The position numbers were made by a program, and so were the translations under genes. Shown piece after piece: positions 36,978 to 46,258 of a stretch of 57,284 nucleotides of DNA. The stretch is from the NCBI GenBank assembly GCA_030605765.1, contig JAUWHP010000021.1:1-57284 (forward strand). The letters run 5' to 3'. The stretch comes from Dehalococcoidia bacterium. GTDB lineage: Bacteria > Chloroflexota > Dehalococcoidia > GIF9 > AB-539-J10. Under the pieces are notes generated by a model that was not told where the DNA came from, did no database searches, and saw only the letters and a list, made by a program, of their open reading frames with translations. The number at the start of each line of letters is the position of its first letter. The first letter of the stretch is position 1.

Positions 36978-37250
36978 GATGAATTCATCCTGTGCTTTAG
37001 CTTCTTTGAGCTCAAGAGCTTTGGCCTTCCTGTGGAAACTAACGGCGAGTGGGAAGTTCCTGATGGAGAAAAGGGATTACATGCCTCTGGTCATGCCTGC
37101 GGGCTAGACTTGCTGGAGATTGCTCATGAGATAAGGCCACAGATTCTCATTCCAATCCACAGTCAACATCCAGAGTTCTACGTTGAGCACCTGAGTAACA
37201 GCAAGATTAATGTCCTTCTCCCTACATCAGGTGGAACAATTGAAATATAG
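36978..37250 (+). pseudogene. MBL-fold (beta-CASP/RNase-J-like) hydrolase C-terminal fragment
   Basis: ..GLHASGHACGLDLLEIAHEIRPQILIPIHSQHPEFY.. is the terminal motif block of MBL-fold hydrolases. The metallo-beta-lactamase HxHxDH core is absent. Confidence 0.45.
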
Positions 37251-37387
37251 TCGTGCAGGCATGTAATCAACCTTTTGGCTTGTATTCTATTTCCCGCAGC
37301 ATTCTAGGATGCTCAGCCAGTCTGCGGCATTCTCTCTTCAGATTTTCCTTCTGGTCGCAAAAGCAGCTTGTAGTGCATACAACTTCA

Positions 37388-38527
37388 TCACCTGGTAAAC
37401 CAGGCAAACAGGCTAACTCCTACAAATCCCATGCCTGCCCCAAGGTAGAACACAAAATCAACACGTGCTAAATCGACTACTATCCCGCTTAGCAATGGCC
37501 CTGCAGCCATTCCTATGCTCATTGCTGTAGTGAATATAGCAATAGTCGAGGCCATGCCAAACTTTCTGCCTTCCTCTACAGTCAAGGCTGAGGCGGCGGG
37601 TACAGAGATTGCCCCACCAATACCACCCAGAGCGCAGGCCACTAATAACTGCCGGAAACTGTGCGTAAAAGGAATCGAAATCAGAAAGGCAACATTGATG
37701 AAGCTGCCAAGAATTACCAGAATCCTCCGATTGAACCTGTCGGCAATATTACCACCATAGACCCCGAGCAGTGACATCACCAGAATATTAACCGCCAACA
37801 CTATTCCTATGAGAGTCGGGCTCAAACCGATACAAGTAGCGGCGAAGATAGGCAGAAAGGCGGCATAAGTTCCCCTGCCCAAAGAGAATGCCAGTCGAAA
37901 GCTGAAGATGCCTTTAATCATGGCACTGCTGCCCATCTTTCTAAAGGATAGCTGGTGGCTTGCTGCCGTTTTCCTCCGTTCAATCTCGGGAAGGAAAAAT
38001 ATAACCACCAGGAAGGCCAGCAAATTGAGAACACCCATGCCGGAGAAAGCGACAGTCATACCAAAGCGGTCAGTCAATGCCCCACCCATTAAAGGGCCAC
38101 ATCCAAAACCGGTGAAAAAAGCGGCATTGAAGTAACCCATCCAGGTTCCCTCCTCACCCTCGGGAGAAATGTCACCGACGCAAGCTTGGGCGATAGGAAT
38201 AATCATACCGCCGGCAGCGCCTTGAATTACCCGGACCAGGGTTAGTTGTAAGACATTGCCTGCCCATATATAACCCAGTGAAATAATTGAGTAGCTAAGA
38301 AGGCCAATGCTAAGAAACATCTTTCGCCCATGGCGGTCGGAGAGCCTACCGGCGATGGGCATAATTAAAGCTCGCGACACAGAGAAGCTGGCAAAGACAA
38401 TGCCTATCCAGATTCCGGTGGCTCCCATCTTCTCAGCATAAAGAGGCAATAGCGGGGCTATTATGCCAGCTCCCAGCATCGAAGCGAAGATAGAAATGGC
38501 GAGGACAGGGAAGACCTTCTTTATCAT
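37388..38527 (-). CDS. MFS transporter
   Basis: 379 aa, 12 hydrophobic segments, loop motif GRLSDRHGRK between TM2 and TM3. Confidence 0.8.
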   Translation of the reverse strand: MIKKVFPVLAISIFASMLGAGIIAPLLPLYAEKMGATGIWIGIVFASFSVSRALIMPIAGRLSDRHGRKMFLSIGLLSYSIISLGYIWAGNVLQLTLVRVIQGAAGGMIIPIAQACVGDISPEGEEGTWMGYFNAAFFTGFGCGPLMGGALTDRFGMTVAFSGMGVLNLLAFLVVIFFLPEIERRKTAASHQLSFRKMGSSAMIKGIFSFRLAFSLGRGTYAAFLPIFAATCIGLSPTLIGIVLAVNILVMSLLGVYGGNIADRFNRRILVILGSFINVAFLISIPFTHSFRQLLVACALGGIGGAISVPAASALTVEEGRKFGMASTIAIFTTAMSIGMAAGPLLSGIVVDLARVDFVFYLGAGMGFVGVSLFAWFTR

Positions 38528-38616
38528 GTGATGGGCTGCACCCCTATGTTCGGGCAGAACCGGTTGGGAGAATTTGGTGAGATTTCCTCTTTTCCTCTTT
38601 GTTTCATAACCGACAA

Positions 38617-38781
38617 TCCCTCGAGTTCCTCAGGTGAGCAATAATCCAGTGCCGAGCGAAGCGTTTTGACATTATGAACCTTCTCAACAAAATAGGAAAC
38701 CCCATGCATCGCATCCGCTATCATTTCATATTCACATAGGTACACTTCCTCGTATTTCAATGTCTTGAAAAAGATTCCCAT
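38617..38781 (-). mobile_element. IS3-family transposase, C-terminal remnant
   Basis: FFKTLKYEEVYLCEYEMIADAMHGVSYFVEKVHNVKTLRSALDYCSPEE matches the end of rve-domain IS3 transposases (ESFFxTLKxE..Y..RxHSxLxY.SP). Nothing upstream of it survives. Confidence 0.6.
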
Positions 38782-38898
38782 TTGTGGGAGCAGGTAGTTT
38801 CAGCATCGCTTTGAGTTACAGTGGGCTGCCCACCAAAGGATAGCTATCTTAAAACATCCATATTTTTGTTTATTAATTATGTGAACGAGTACAAAAAT

Positions 38899-38928
38899 TT
38901 GACAAATTTTCCATGGATGTGTTAGACT
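38899..38928 (+). promoter_or_regulatory. Sigma-70-like promoter candidate
   Basis: TTGACA (38899-38904), 18-nt spacer, TAGACT (38923-38928), in a 380-nt non-coding gap. Confidence 0.4.
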
Positions 38929-38934
38929 ATTAAT

Positions 38935-39100
38935 GTTCCGAGTAATCAACCTGGAGCTTGGTGAGTGCAGCCAAACACTGGAGAAGCGGAAGCTGAAAGG
39001 CGGGAGGAGCTAAAAAGCCGAGCGCAAGGTAGGTGGAAGTTACAAAGTGGGAGGTGACAGGAGCTAGGGAAGAGGGAGGTTACTCGGGACGCTTTTCTAT
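38935..39100 (+). ncRNA. Candidate orphan purine-rich, GGA-repeat small RNA (unclassified)
   Basis: An 11-bp end-to-end stem (38937-38947 / 39078-39088) is followed by a T-rich tail. It encloses about 130 nt of mostly purines with about ten GGA motifs. There is no downstream plus-strand gene. Confidence 0.35.
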
Positions 39101-39162
39101 TTTCACCTGCAAAGTTCCAGTAACTCTTACAACTTCCTTTTAATTATTAGAAGATGAGGTAT

Positions 39163-40620
39163 TTATTGTGCCTTGCTCTCTTCAACTAACTCAGGATGTA
39201 GGATGCCAATAAAGGGCAGATTGCGGTATTCTCCCTTGTAATCCAAACCATAGCCGACTACAAACTCATCGGGAATCTCAAAGCCTATGTAGTCAAGAGA
39301 AATATCTGCCAATCGGCGTACCCTCTTGTCAAGCAGGGTGCAGACACGCAGACTAGCTGGTTTTTGAGCTGAAAGATGGGCGAGAACATAATTCAGTGTC
39401 ATGCCAGTATCTATAATATCCTCAACCATCAATACATGTTGCTCTGTTATGCTGCTATCAAGGTCTTTTGTTATTTTGACCACTTGGTCATCATCACCAC
39501 TATAGTATGATATAGCCATAAAATCGATTATGACTGGCAGGGAAAGATGCTGCATCAAGTCAGTCATAAAGCAGACAACACCTTTCAAAATACCAACTAA
39601 AACCAGGCGCTGACCGGCGTAATCATGCGAGATACGCCTGGCCAGAGTTCTCACTCTTCGCTGAATTTGGCTATGAGTGTACAGAATTCGCTTAACCCCC
39701 TCCACCTTGGCTTTGCCTTGGGGGCCGTATCCATATTTAGCCAGCAGTTTGGCAAAGTCATTCTTGGCAAGAAGCTTAATATTAACTTCAGGATAGAGTT
39801 CTTTGAGCTGGCGTAGTTTGCGATTCTTCTCCGTTATCAGGTTTTGCTTCAATGTGGTGAGCTCAACATAAAGGTTTAGCCCGGGTAAATAGAAATCGGG
39901 GGTAAACATCTCAACTATGGCATTATCCTTCCAGCGAAGGGGGAAGGAGCGAGGCTCGTAAAGCCATTCGATGCAATAGAAATCCAGAAGTTTAGCAAAT
40001 TCCTCTTCGCTAGGGTGAGCAAATTCCACTGGCCGCAGCGATGTCGTGGGTGCTTGAGGCGCTTGAGCTGACTTTGCTTTCTTCTCACTTGCCTTATATC
40101 TTCGCGTTAGCAATTGGTGAAGCTCCGCTCTCTCCATAAGAACAGCGCTCACATCAGCAATGCTGCTGAGAAAATTCTTGTCAGCCTCTGAGAATTGACG
40201 AGGCTCTCGTGTATACACTCTGATTTCACCAATTGTCTCTCCATTGTCAAATATAGGGACTCCAAGTATGGAATGTACTCTTTGCTCCTCTGCTATTTGA
40301 GGGTGCTGGATTCTCTCATCCTTGCCAGCATCGGGAACAAATGCCACCTGTCCATCAAGAATTTCAGGAAGGCTCTTATGAGCATCAAGCGGGCCTTTCC
40401 TAAGATAGATGTCGCTGAGACCACAAGCGCCTACTGTGATAAGGTATTCCTTTTTAGAGTCGAGGAGAAAAATACAACAGCCATTTGCTCGCACTGCCTT
40501 GGCAGTGCTCTTAGCGATAGAATTAAAGGTTTTTCTCAAACCCAAACTCGAATTGGCAACTTTGGTTATATGCCTTAGAGCTAAATAATAACTGCCCTTG
40601 GAGGTACTCACTTTTTTCAT
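39163..40620 (-). CDS. hpt: GAF domain / unknown middle module / hypoxanthine phosphoribosyltransferase fusion
   Basis: Residues ~20-165 look like GAF (..GVPIFDNGETIGEIRVY..). The C-terminal ~180 aa are HPRT (VLVGILKGVVCFMTDL, LMVEDIIDTGMTL, VVGYGLDY). About 100 aa in between carry FTPDFYLPGLNLYVELT. Confidence 0.75.
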   Translation of the reverse strand: MKKVSTSKGSYYLALRHITKVANSSLGLRKTFNSIAKSTAKAVRANGCCIFLLDSKKEYLITVGACGLSDIYLRKGPLDAHKSLPEILDGQVAFVPDAGKDERIQHPQIAEEQRVHSILGVPIFDNGETIGEIRVYTREPRQFSEADKNFLSSIADVSAVLMERAELHQLLTRRYKASEKKAKSAQAPQAPTTSLRPVEFAHPSEEEFAKLLDFYCIEWLYEPRSFPLRWKDNAIVEMFTPDFYLPGLNLYVELTTLKQNLITEKNRKLRQLKELYPEVNIKLLAKNDFAKLLAKYGYGPQGKAKVEGVKRILYTHSQIQRRVRTLARRISHDYAGQRLVLVGILKGVVCFMTDLMQHLSLPVIIDFMAISYYSGDDDQVVKITKDLDSSITEQHVLMVEDIIDTGMTLNYVLAHLSAQKPASLRVCTLLDKRVRRLADISLDYIGFEIPDEFVVGYGLDYKGEYRNLPFIGILHPELVEESKAQ

Positions 40621-40623
40621 TGT

Positions 40624-43119
40624 TTACTCACATTTGGTAAAGCCGCAGTTGGGGCAGATATCACAACCTTCCTGGTAAATCAAAAGGCTACCACATTCAG
40701 GGCATTGTCCAGCCAGGCTTTTGACCGCTTCAGATACTCTGGGATTACCACCATCCTCATCCTTGACATATTTTTGCAACACAGTGGCAATAGCGTCAGC
40801 ACAGGACATAACAGCATGTCCTTGTTCCCAAGCAATCGAGGGACAGCGGATACCACGCAAATGCCTGGCAATAGAATCCACATCTACCCCAGATCTCAGG
40901 GCCAAGGAAGTGAGGCGGCTAATGGCCTCAAGTTGTGCTGCTGCACAGCCCCCGGCTTTCCCCAGAGCGGCGAAAACTTCAGCTATACCCTGTTCGTCAA
41001 AATTTACCGTTACATAGATATAACCACACCCGGTGCTTATCCTCTCAGTTATCCCCTTGGTAACTTTAGGCCTTTTACGGGGAACTAACTTACCTTCAAT
41101 CTTTTCCCTCTCTTTACCTACTGTAAGAACCTGGCTTTCTCGACTTCTATCTCGATAAATAGTTATTCCTTTTAAGCCTTCGTGATAAGCTAGCATATAT
41201 ACCTTGGCCACATCGTCAGGCGTTGCTTCATAGGGGAAATTAACTGTCTTGGATACAGCGCTATCAGTAGACTTCTGAAAGGCTGCTTGCATTCTAACAT
41301 GCCATTCTGGGGATATGTCGTGGGCACAGACAAAGAGCCTCTTCATCTCCTCAGATATGCCTGGCATATCCCGTAACTTTTTCCCTTCAGCTAGCTCTCT
41401 CATCAACTCTGCGGAATATCCATCTTCCTTTTGGGCTGCTTCCTCGAAATAAGGGTTTATCTCTACAAATTCCTCATTCTCGAGGATATGGCGTACATAG
41501 CTCAAGGCAAAGATCGGTTCAATACCACTGGAACAATTGGCGATTATGCTCAAGCTACCCGTAGGAGCAATGGTAGTTCGAGAAGCATTTCGAAAACGAG
41601 GTCCACCAGGCACATCATAGATACTTCCCTCAAAGGCAGGGAATACACCCCTCTCCTCAGCCAGCTCTATCGAAGCTTTATCTGCCTCCTCAGATATGAA
41701 ACGCATAACTTCTTCAGCCACGCTGACAGCTCTTTCACTATCGTAAGGAATGCCAAGCTGAATCAGCATATCAGCAAAGCCCATTATTCCCAAACCTACT
41801 TTTCTAATGGCCTTTGTCTTTTCTGCTATTTCAGGCAAGGGATATTGATTAACCTCAATCACGTCATCAAGGAAGCGAACAGCTAGCTTAGCCACCTTTG
41901 AGAGCTTAGCGTAGTCAATCTGGGGTTGGTTATTCTGGCAAACCATCATTTTGGGTAAATTTATAGAGCCCAAGTTACAAGATTCGAAGGGAAGCAAAGG
42001 TTGTTCACCACACGGGTTAGTGCTTTCTATCTTGCCCAATTTAGGTGTAGGATTATACCTGTTTATCTCATCCATAAACACAAGGCCTGGATCGCCAGTG
42101 TGCCAGGCCAGATTAACAATCTTATGGAATACCTCTGTAGCATTAAGTTTACCAGCCACTTCCCCGGTCCGCGGGTTTACCAGGTCGTAGTTAGCATCTT
42201 TTTCTGCCGCTTCCATAAAGCTATCACTTACAGCTACGGAGAGGTTAAAATTGGTCAGGGCTTCGGAGTCCTCTTTAGCTGTAATGAATTTTAGGATATC
42301 AGGATGGTCCACATTAAGAATTGCCATATTAGCCCCACGGCGCATGCCACCTTGTTTTATCACATCAGTGGCTGTATCAAAAACTCGCATAAAAGAGACA
42401 GGGCCGCTAGCGATACCACCGGTGGAGCCAACTCTATCTTTCTCCGGCCTTAGCCGAGAAAAGGAAAAGCCAGTGCCACCTCCGCTTTTGTGAATTAAAG
42501 CAGTATATCTCACCGCCTCAAAAATGGATTCCATCGAATCATCAACAGGTATAACAAAACAGGCCGATAATTGCCCCAATTCGCGGCCAGCATTCATCAG
42601 TGTAGGAGAGTTAGGCAGAAATTCCAGGTTTGTCATCAGTTGATAAAATATCTCCTCTATAGCGGAGATATCCGCTCCCGTGTCATAAAGGGATTCGGCC
42701 GAGGCAATATGCCTGGCTACGCGACGAAATAGTTCCTGCGGCGTTTCAATAACTTCCCCCCTCTGGTTTTTTCCCAAATATCTTTTCTCCAGAACTCTCA
42801 AGGAATTGCCGCTAAGTTCAATTCCAGAAACGACTTGGCTACTCGCTTGGGGAGAAAATTCATCTGCAGTCATAACTTGGCTGACTATTGCCTGGAGTTG
42901 GGAGGAGGATATGGAATACTTATGGCCTGGCAGAACAAGCTCTTCCATACCAGGTAAGGGTCGAGTCCCCCCCAAACGTTGCGTCACTCGTTCCGTAAAG
43001 CTTTCCAGCATGTTTCTATCAGTTATACCCATAGATTCAGCAGCAGCAAAAACAGCTCGAACTACCTTATCTCGATCGATGAATTTACCCCGGCCTGTTT
43101 CTCTTCGGGATTTAGTCAC
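40624..43119 (-). CDS. nrdJ: Adenosylcobalamin-dependent (class II) ribonucleotide reductase
   Basis: TNPCGEQPLLPFESCNLGSINL active-site block, 831 aa, C-terminal Cys-rich tail CPECG..CDICPNCG as in many class II RNRs. Confidence 0.9.
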   Translation of the reverse strand: MTKSRRETGRGKFIDRDKVVRAVFAAAESMGITDRNMLESFTERVTQRLGGTRPLPGMEELVLPGHKYSISSSQLQAIVSQVMTADEFSPQASSQVVSGIELSGNSLRVLEKRYLGKNQRGEVIETPQELFRRVARHIASAESLYDTGADISAIEEIFYQLMTNLEFLPNSPTLMNAGRELGQLSACFVIPVDDSMESIFEAVRYTALIHKSGGGTGFSFSRLRPEKDRVGSTGGIASGPVSFMRVFDTATDVIKQGGMRRGANMAILNVDHPDILKFITAKEDSEALTNFNLSVAVSDSFMEAAEKDANYDLVNPRTGEVAGKLNATEVFHKIVNLAWHTGDPGLVFMDEINRYNPTPKLGKIESTNPCGEQPLLPFESCNLGSINLPKMMVCQNNQPQIDYAKLSKVAKLAVRFLDDVIEVNQYPLPEIAEKTKAIRKVGLGIMGFADMLIQLGIPYDSERAVSVAEEVMRFISEEADKASIELAEERGVFPAFEGSIYDVPGGPRFRNASRTTIAPTGSLSIIANCSSGIEPIFALSYVRHILENEEFVEINPYFEEAAQKEDGYSAELMRELAEGKKLRDMPGISEEMKRLFVCAHDISPEWHVRMQAAFQKSTDSAVSKTVNFPYEATPDDVAKVYMLAYHEGLKGITIYRDRSRESQVLTVGKEREKIEGKLVPRKRPKVTKGITERISTGCGYIYVTVNFDEQGIAEVFAALGKAGGCAAAQLEAISRLTSLALRSGVDVDSIARHLRGIRCPSIAWEQGHAVMSCADAIATVLQKYVKDEDGGNPRVSEAVKSLAGQCPECGSLLIYQEGCDICPNCGFTKCE

Positions 43120-43122
43120 TTC

Positions 43123-43650
43123 TTACCTCTTCTTCCGATCAATTAAGGAATTCACCGCCTTGGAAGGCAACAGCGGTAATTGATTTGCTGGCAATGTCAG
43201 GCTTTCTCCTTCCGCTAAGCTATCTACTACCTGTTTCAAAGCACCAATATCAGCAAATTCACGATAAACGCTAGCAAAGCGAATATAAGCGATGTGGTCA
43301 AGCTTCTCCAGTTCTCGCATAACCAAGTCGCCAATAACAGAGCTAGAGATTTCAGCTTTGCCAAAGCGATAAAGCTCAGCTTCAACGTTGTCTATTAGCT
43401 TATCAATAGCTCCTGTGTGTAGAGGGCATTTCTCACAAGCTTTGCGGATTCCATAAGAGAGTTTGTCTCGGTTGAATTCTTCGCGCCGGCCATCCTTCTT
43501 AACCACCAGAATATTATGAGACCGTGCACGCTCGTAAGTAGTGAAGCGAGCCCCGCAAGCAACACACTTTCTCCGCCGCCTTACTTCTTCATCCACAGAG
43601 CGAGAATCTATCACTCTTGATTCGGATCCACCACAGTGAGGGCACTTCAT
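43123..43650 (-). CDS. nrdR: Transcriptional repressor NrdR
   Basis: MKCPHCGGSESRVIDSR zinc ribbon plus ATP-cone; 3-nt gap to nrdJ. Confidence 0.9.
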   Translation of the reverse strand: MKCPHCGGSESRVIDSRSVDEEVRRRRKCVACGARFTTYERARSHNILVVKKDGRREEFNRDKLSYGIRKACEKCPLHTGAIDKLIDNVEAELYRFGKAEISSSVIGDLVMRELEKLDHIAYIRFASVYREFADIGALKQVVDSLAEGESLTLPANQLPLLPSKAVNSLIDRKKR

Positions 43651-43655
43651 AAATT

Positions 43656-43702
43656 TCCCTATAAATTGTATTATACAGAAATTCTACCACTATATGTAGT
43701 AA
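43656..43702 (-). promoter_or_regulatory. Two NrdR-box candidates upstream of nrdR-nrdJ
   Basis: 43687-43702 CCACTATATGTAGTAA matches the acaCwAtATaTwGtgt consensus at 12/16, and 43656-43671 TCCCTATAAATTGTAT at 10/16. Centres are 31 bp apart. A TATAAT (minus strand, 43670-43675) lies between them. Confidence 0.55.
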
Positions 43703-43777
43703 AAAGCAAGTAAATGTGGAGCTGAGTAAGGCTGATTACACACATAGCTTAATCGGATTTGCCTTATAGTTCTAGAA

Positions 43778-43822
43778 GTCAAGAAAAGGCGATGCAGTTA
43801 TAATGCATCGCCTTTTCTTGAC
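43778..43822 (-). terminator. Intrinsic (bidirectional-looking) terminator after ftsZ
   Basis: Perfect 19-bp inverted repeat GTCAAGAAAAGGCGATGCA / TGCATCGCCTTTTCTTGAC with a 7-nt loop, 12 nt after the ftsZ stop. T-runs are part of both arms. Confidence 0.7.
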
Positions 43823-43834
43823 AAAGCTTAAGGT

Positions 43835-44962
43835 TTACTGCCAAGAGATTTTGGCTGGCTGTGGGACAAGCTCCTCCTTGCCCTTAGCAGTGTTCACTAG
43901 CTGCGAGGAGGAGTAACGTTGACTACGGCGTAGGAAAGAGGGAACATCAAGGGTTTCACCACTTTTCATTAATTGGCGAAGTTCCTCCAACCTAGGTGCC
44001 CCCTTGCCATACTGGCTACTGAAACCAGTGGCAATAACGGTAATCCTAACTTCGCTGTCCATCCCAGGCTCAAAGACCACCCCGAATATGATATTGGCTT
44101 TGGGATCAACTGCTTGGCTTATGACTTGAGCTGCCTCATTGCACTCGAAGAGAGTCAGGCTGGGACCGCCACTGATATTAAACAGCACTCCTCTAGCTCC
44201 GTTTATGGAGACATCGAGCAATGGACTAGCCAAAGCAGCTTTGGCGGCTTCAGCAGCTCGATTCTGCCCAGTACCTTTCCCTACAGACATCCATGCTGGG
44301 CCGGCATCTTTCATCACTGATTTAATATCAGCGAAATCGAGGTTAATTAACCCGGGAGTGGTGACGACCCCAGAGATAGACTGCACTCCATGGAAAAGAG
44401 CATCATCAGCCATTTTGAAGGCACTATCAACAGTTGTTTTGGCATCACAGAGATGCATGAGACGATCGTTAGGTATAATAATTAGTGTATCCACCTTGGT
44501 ACTCAACTGAAGTATACCCTCTTCGGCCGTTTCGGTGCGGTGTCCTCCTTCAAAGGCGAAGGGTTTGGTCACCACGCCAATGGTAAGAGCACCAGTTTCC
44601 TTAGCCAGTTGAGCCACAACAGGGATACCGCCAGTGCCTGTCCCACCACCCATGCCACAACTGATGAATACCATATCAGCCCCCTCGAGGACCTCTTCGA
44701 TTATCTGTCGGCTTTCCTCAGCCGCCTTGAATCCCATCTCTGGAGCACCACCTACACCCAGACCTTTGGTCAACTTCTCCCCTAGTTGAATGCGAGTAGG
44801 TGCCTCAGTCAATGCCAGAGCTTGAGCATCAGTGTTCATAGCTATAAAATCAACGCCTCTAATGCCTTCGCGAACCATACGGCTGACAGCATTACAGCCA
44901 CCTCCACCAATGCCTATCGCCTTAATTTTTGCCGGTGTTGGAGCGACTATCGACTTTGCCAT
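43835..44962 (-). CDS. ftsZ: Cell division protein FtsZ
   Basis: [10 protein letters not shown], tubulin signature [17 protein letters not shown]. Confidence 0.95.
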   Translation of the reverse strand: MAKSIVAPTPAKIKAIGIGGGGCNAVSRMVREGIRGVDFIAMNTDAQALALTEAPTRIQLGEKLTKGLGVGGAPEMGFKAAEESRQIIEEVLEGADMVFISCGMGGGTGTGGIPVVAQLAKETGALTIGVVTKPFAFEGGHRTETAEEGILQLSTKVDTLIIIPNDRLMHLCDAKTTVDSAFKMADDALFHGVQSISGVVTTPGLINLDFADIKSVMKDAGPAWMSVGKGTGQNRAAEAAKAALASPLLDVSINGARGVLFNISGGPSLTLFECNEAAQVISQAVDPKANIIFGVVFEPGMDSEVRITVIATGFSSQYGKGAPRLEELRQLMKSGETLDVPSFLRRSQRYSSSQLVNTAKGKEELVPQPAKISWQ

Positions 44963-45004
44963 TTGAACCTCCTTTTCTAAGAAACATTAAAATCCTGCCA
45001 TCCT

Positions 45005-46225
45005 TTAACCACGAAACAGTTTCCTGAATAAACTAATAAAACCACCAAAAATGCCGCCTCTTTTTACCTGCCAGGTTGATCTCTCTTTGCTTCTCGCCTG
45101 CCATAGAATCAACCCGGTAGTAGTAGCGTAAGCTGAGTCATGAAGGACGTCAGTGATGCCATAAATGCCTGAATCCGAGGGTTGGCCTTTGCGTACCGGA
45201 AGCCGCAACACAGACTTCCCCAACTCGTCAAGTCCAGTCAAGTTGGCTGTGCCACCTGTAAGCACTAAGCCACAGGGGGCCAAAGATTGATAATCTGTGG
45301 TGGGCATTTCCAGAAGAATGAGTTCAAACAACTCCTCCATCCTGGAACGGGTAATATCGCATAAATCTCGATAAGAGGCGCTGTGACCGTTCTCCATGCC
45401 CGTCAGACTGGTATCTTTACTGGTGTCTAATCCTGGCGTTACGTTACCGTATATCTTTTTCATTCTCTCAGCTACATGAAAAGGCAGGCCTAAGCCAATG
45501 GCTATGTCGCTGGTCACTTGGTAGCCAGCTACCGGGATAATTGCGCAGTGGTAGATATTCCCATCTTTGAACACCGCTATATCTGTGGTGCCGCCCCCAA
45601 TATCAGCCATGATAACGCCACTATCTCTTTCCTGCTGGCTCAATACTGCCTCCCCACTGGCTAAAGGCTCTAGAATTAAATCCTCAACCTCAACGTGGGT
45701 AGCTCGAATACACTTGACTAGATTTTGCACTGAAGACACTGACGCAGTGATAATGTGAGTCTCCACATCTAATCTGGTGCCGTGCATACCTACTGGTTGT
45801 TTTACTCTTTCTTCGCCATTTAGTGTGTAATAGCGAGGGATAGCATGAAGTAATTTCCTCCCCTCAGGAACAGGGATACTACGAGCTGCAGACAACACTC
45901 TTTTGAGATCTTGAGTGCGAACTAACCGGTCGTCACGTGGTATGGACACCACGCCTCGATTATTAAGGCTGCTTATGTGCCTACCGGTAACCCCCACAAA
46001 TACAGAGTCTATTTTCATGCCGCTAACTCTCTGAGCCTCCTTTATCGAGTCAGCAATGGCTGCCTTAGCCTCATCCATATTGACTACAATACCTTTGTGC
46101 AGGCCATGACTGGGAACAACTCCTACTCCCAGAACTTCGATGTCATCTCGCGCTCTTACATTAGCTACGATGGTGGCTATCTTAGTTGTACCCACATCGA
46201 TGGCGGAAATAATTTTCTTGGCCAT
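45005..46225 (-). CDS. ftsA: Cell division protein FtsA
   Basis: Actin-fold motifs AIDVGTTKI, DIGGGTTDIAVF, LTGGTANLTG; directly upstream of ftsZ. Confidence 0.9.
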   Translation of the reverse strand: MAKKIISAIDVGTTKIATIVANVRARDDIEVLGVGVVPSHGLHKGIVVNMDEAKAAIADSIKEAQRVSGMKIDSVFVGVTGRHISSLNNRGVVSIPRDDRLVRTQDLKRVLSAARSIPVPEGRKLLHAIPRYYTLNGEERVKQPVGMHGTRLDVETHIITASVSSVQNLVKCIRATHVEVEDLILEPLASGEAVLSQQERDSGVIMADIGGGTTDIAVFKDGNIYHCAIIPVAGYQVTSDIAIGLGLPFHVAERMKKIYGNVTPGLDTSKDTSLTGMENGHSASYRDLCDITRSRMEELFELILLEMPTTDYQSLAPCGLVLTGGTANLTGLDELGKSVLRLPVRKGQPSDSGIYGITDVLHDSAYATTTGLILWQARSKERSTWQVKRGGIFGGFISLFRKLFRG

Positions 46226-46258
46226 TTTTACCTCCTTTGTTATTATAGATACCCTTGT

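Noticed and set aside
38935-39100. Considered 6S RNA, SRP RNA, RNase P or tmRNA identity for the purine-rich RNA candidate.
   Set aside because: Both halves are purine-rich and cannot form the long interrupted helix of 6S RNA. The SRP domain IV consensus, RNase P conserved blocks and a tRNA-like end are all absent. It is left unclassified.
40624-43119. Possible intein or unusual insertion in the 831-aa class II RNR.
   Set aside because: I saw no intein splice-junction or homing-endonuclease-type motifs. The length is within the normal range for monomeric NrdJ, and the C-terminal Cys-rich tail is a known feature of the class.
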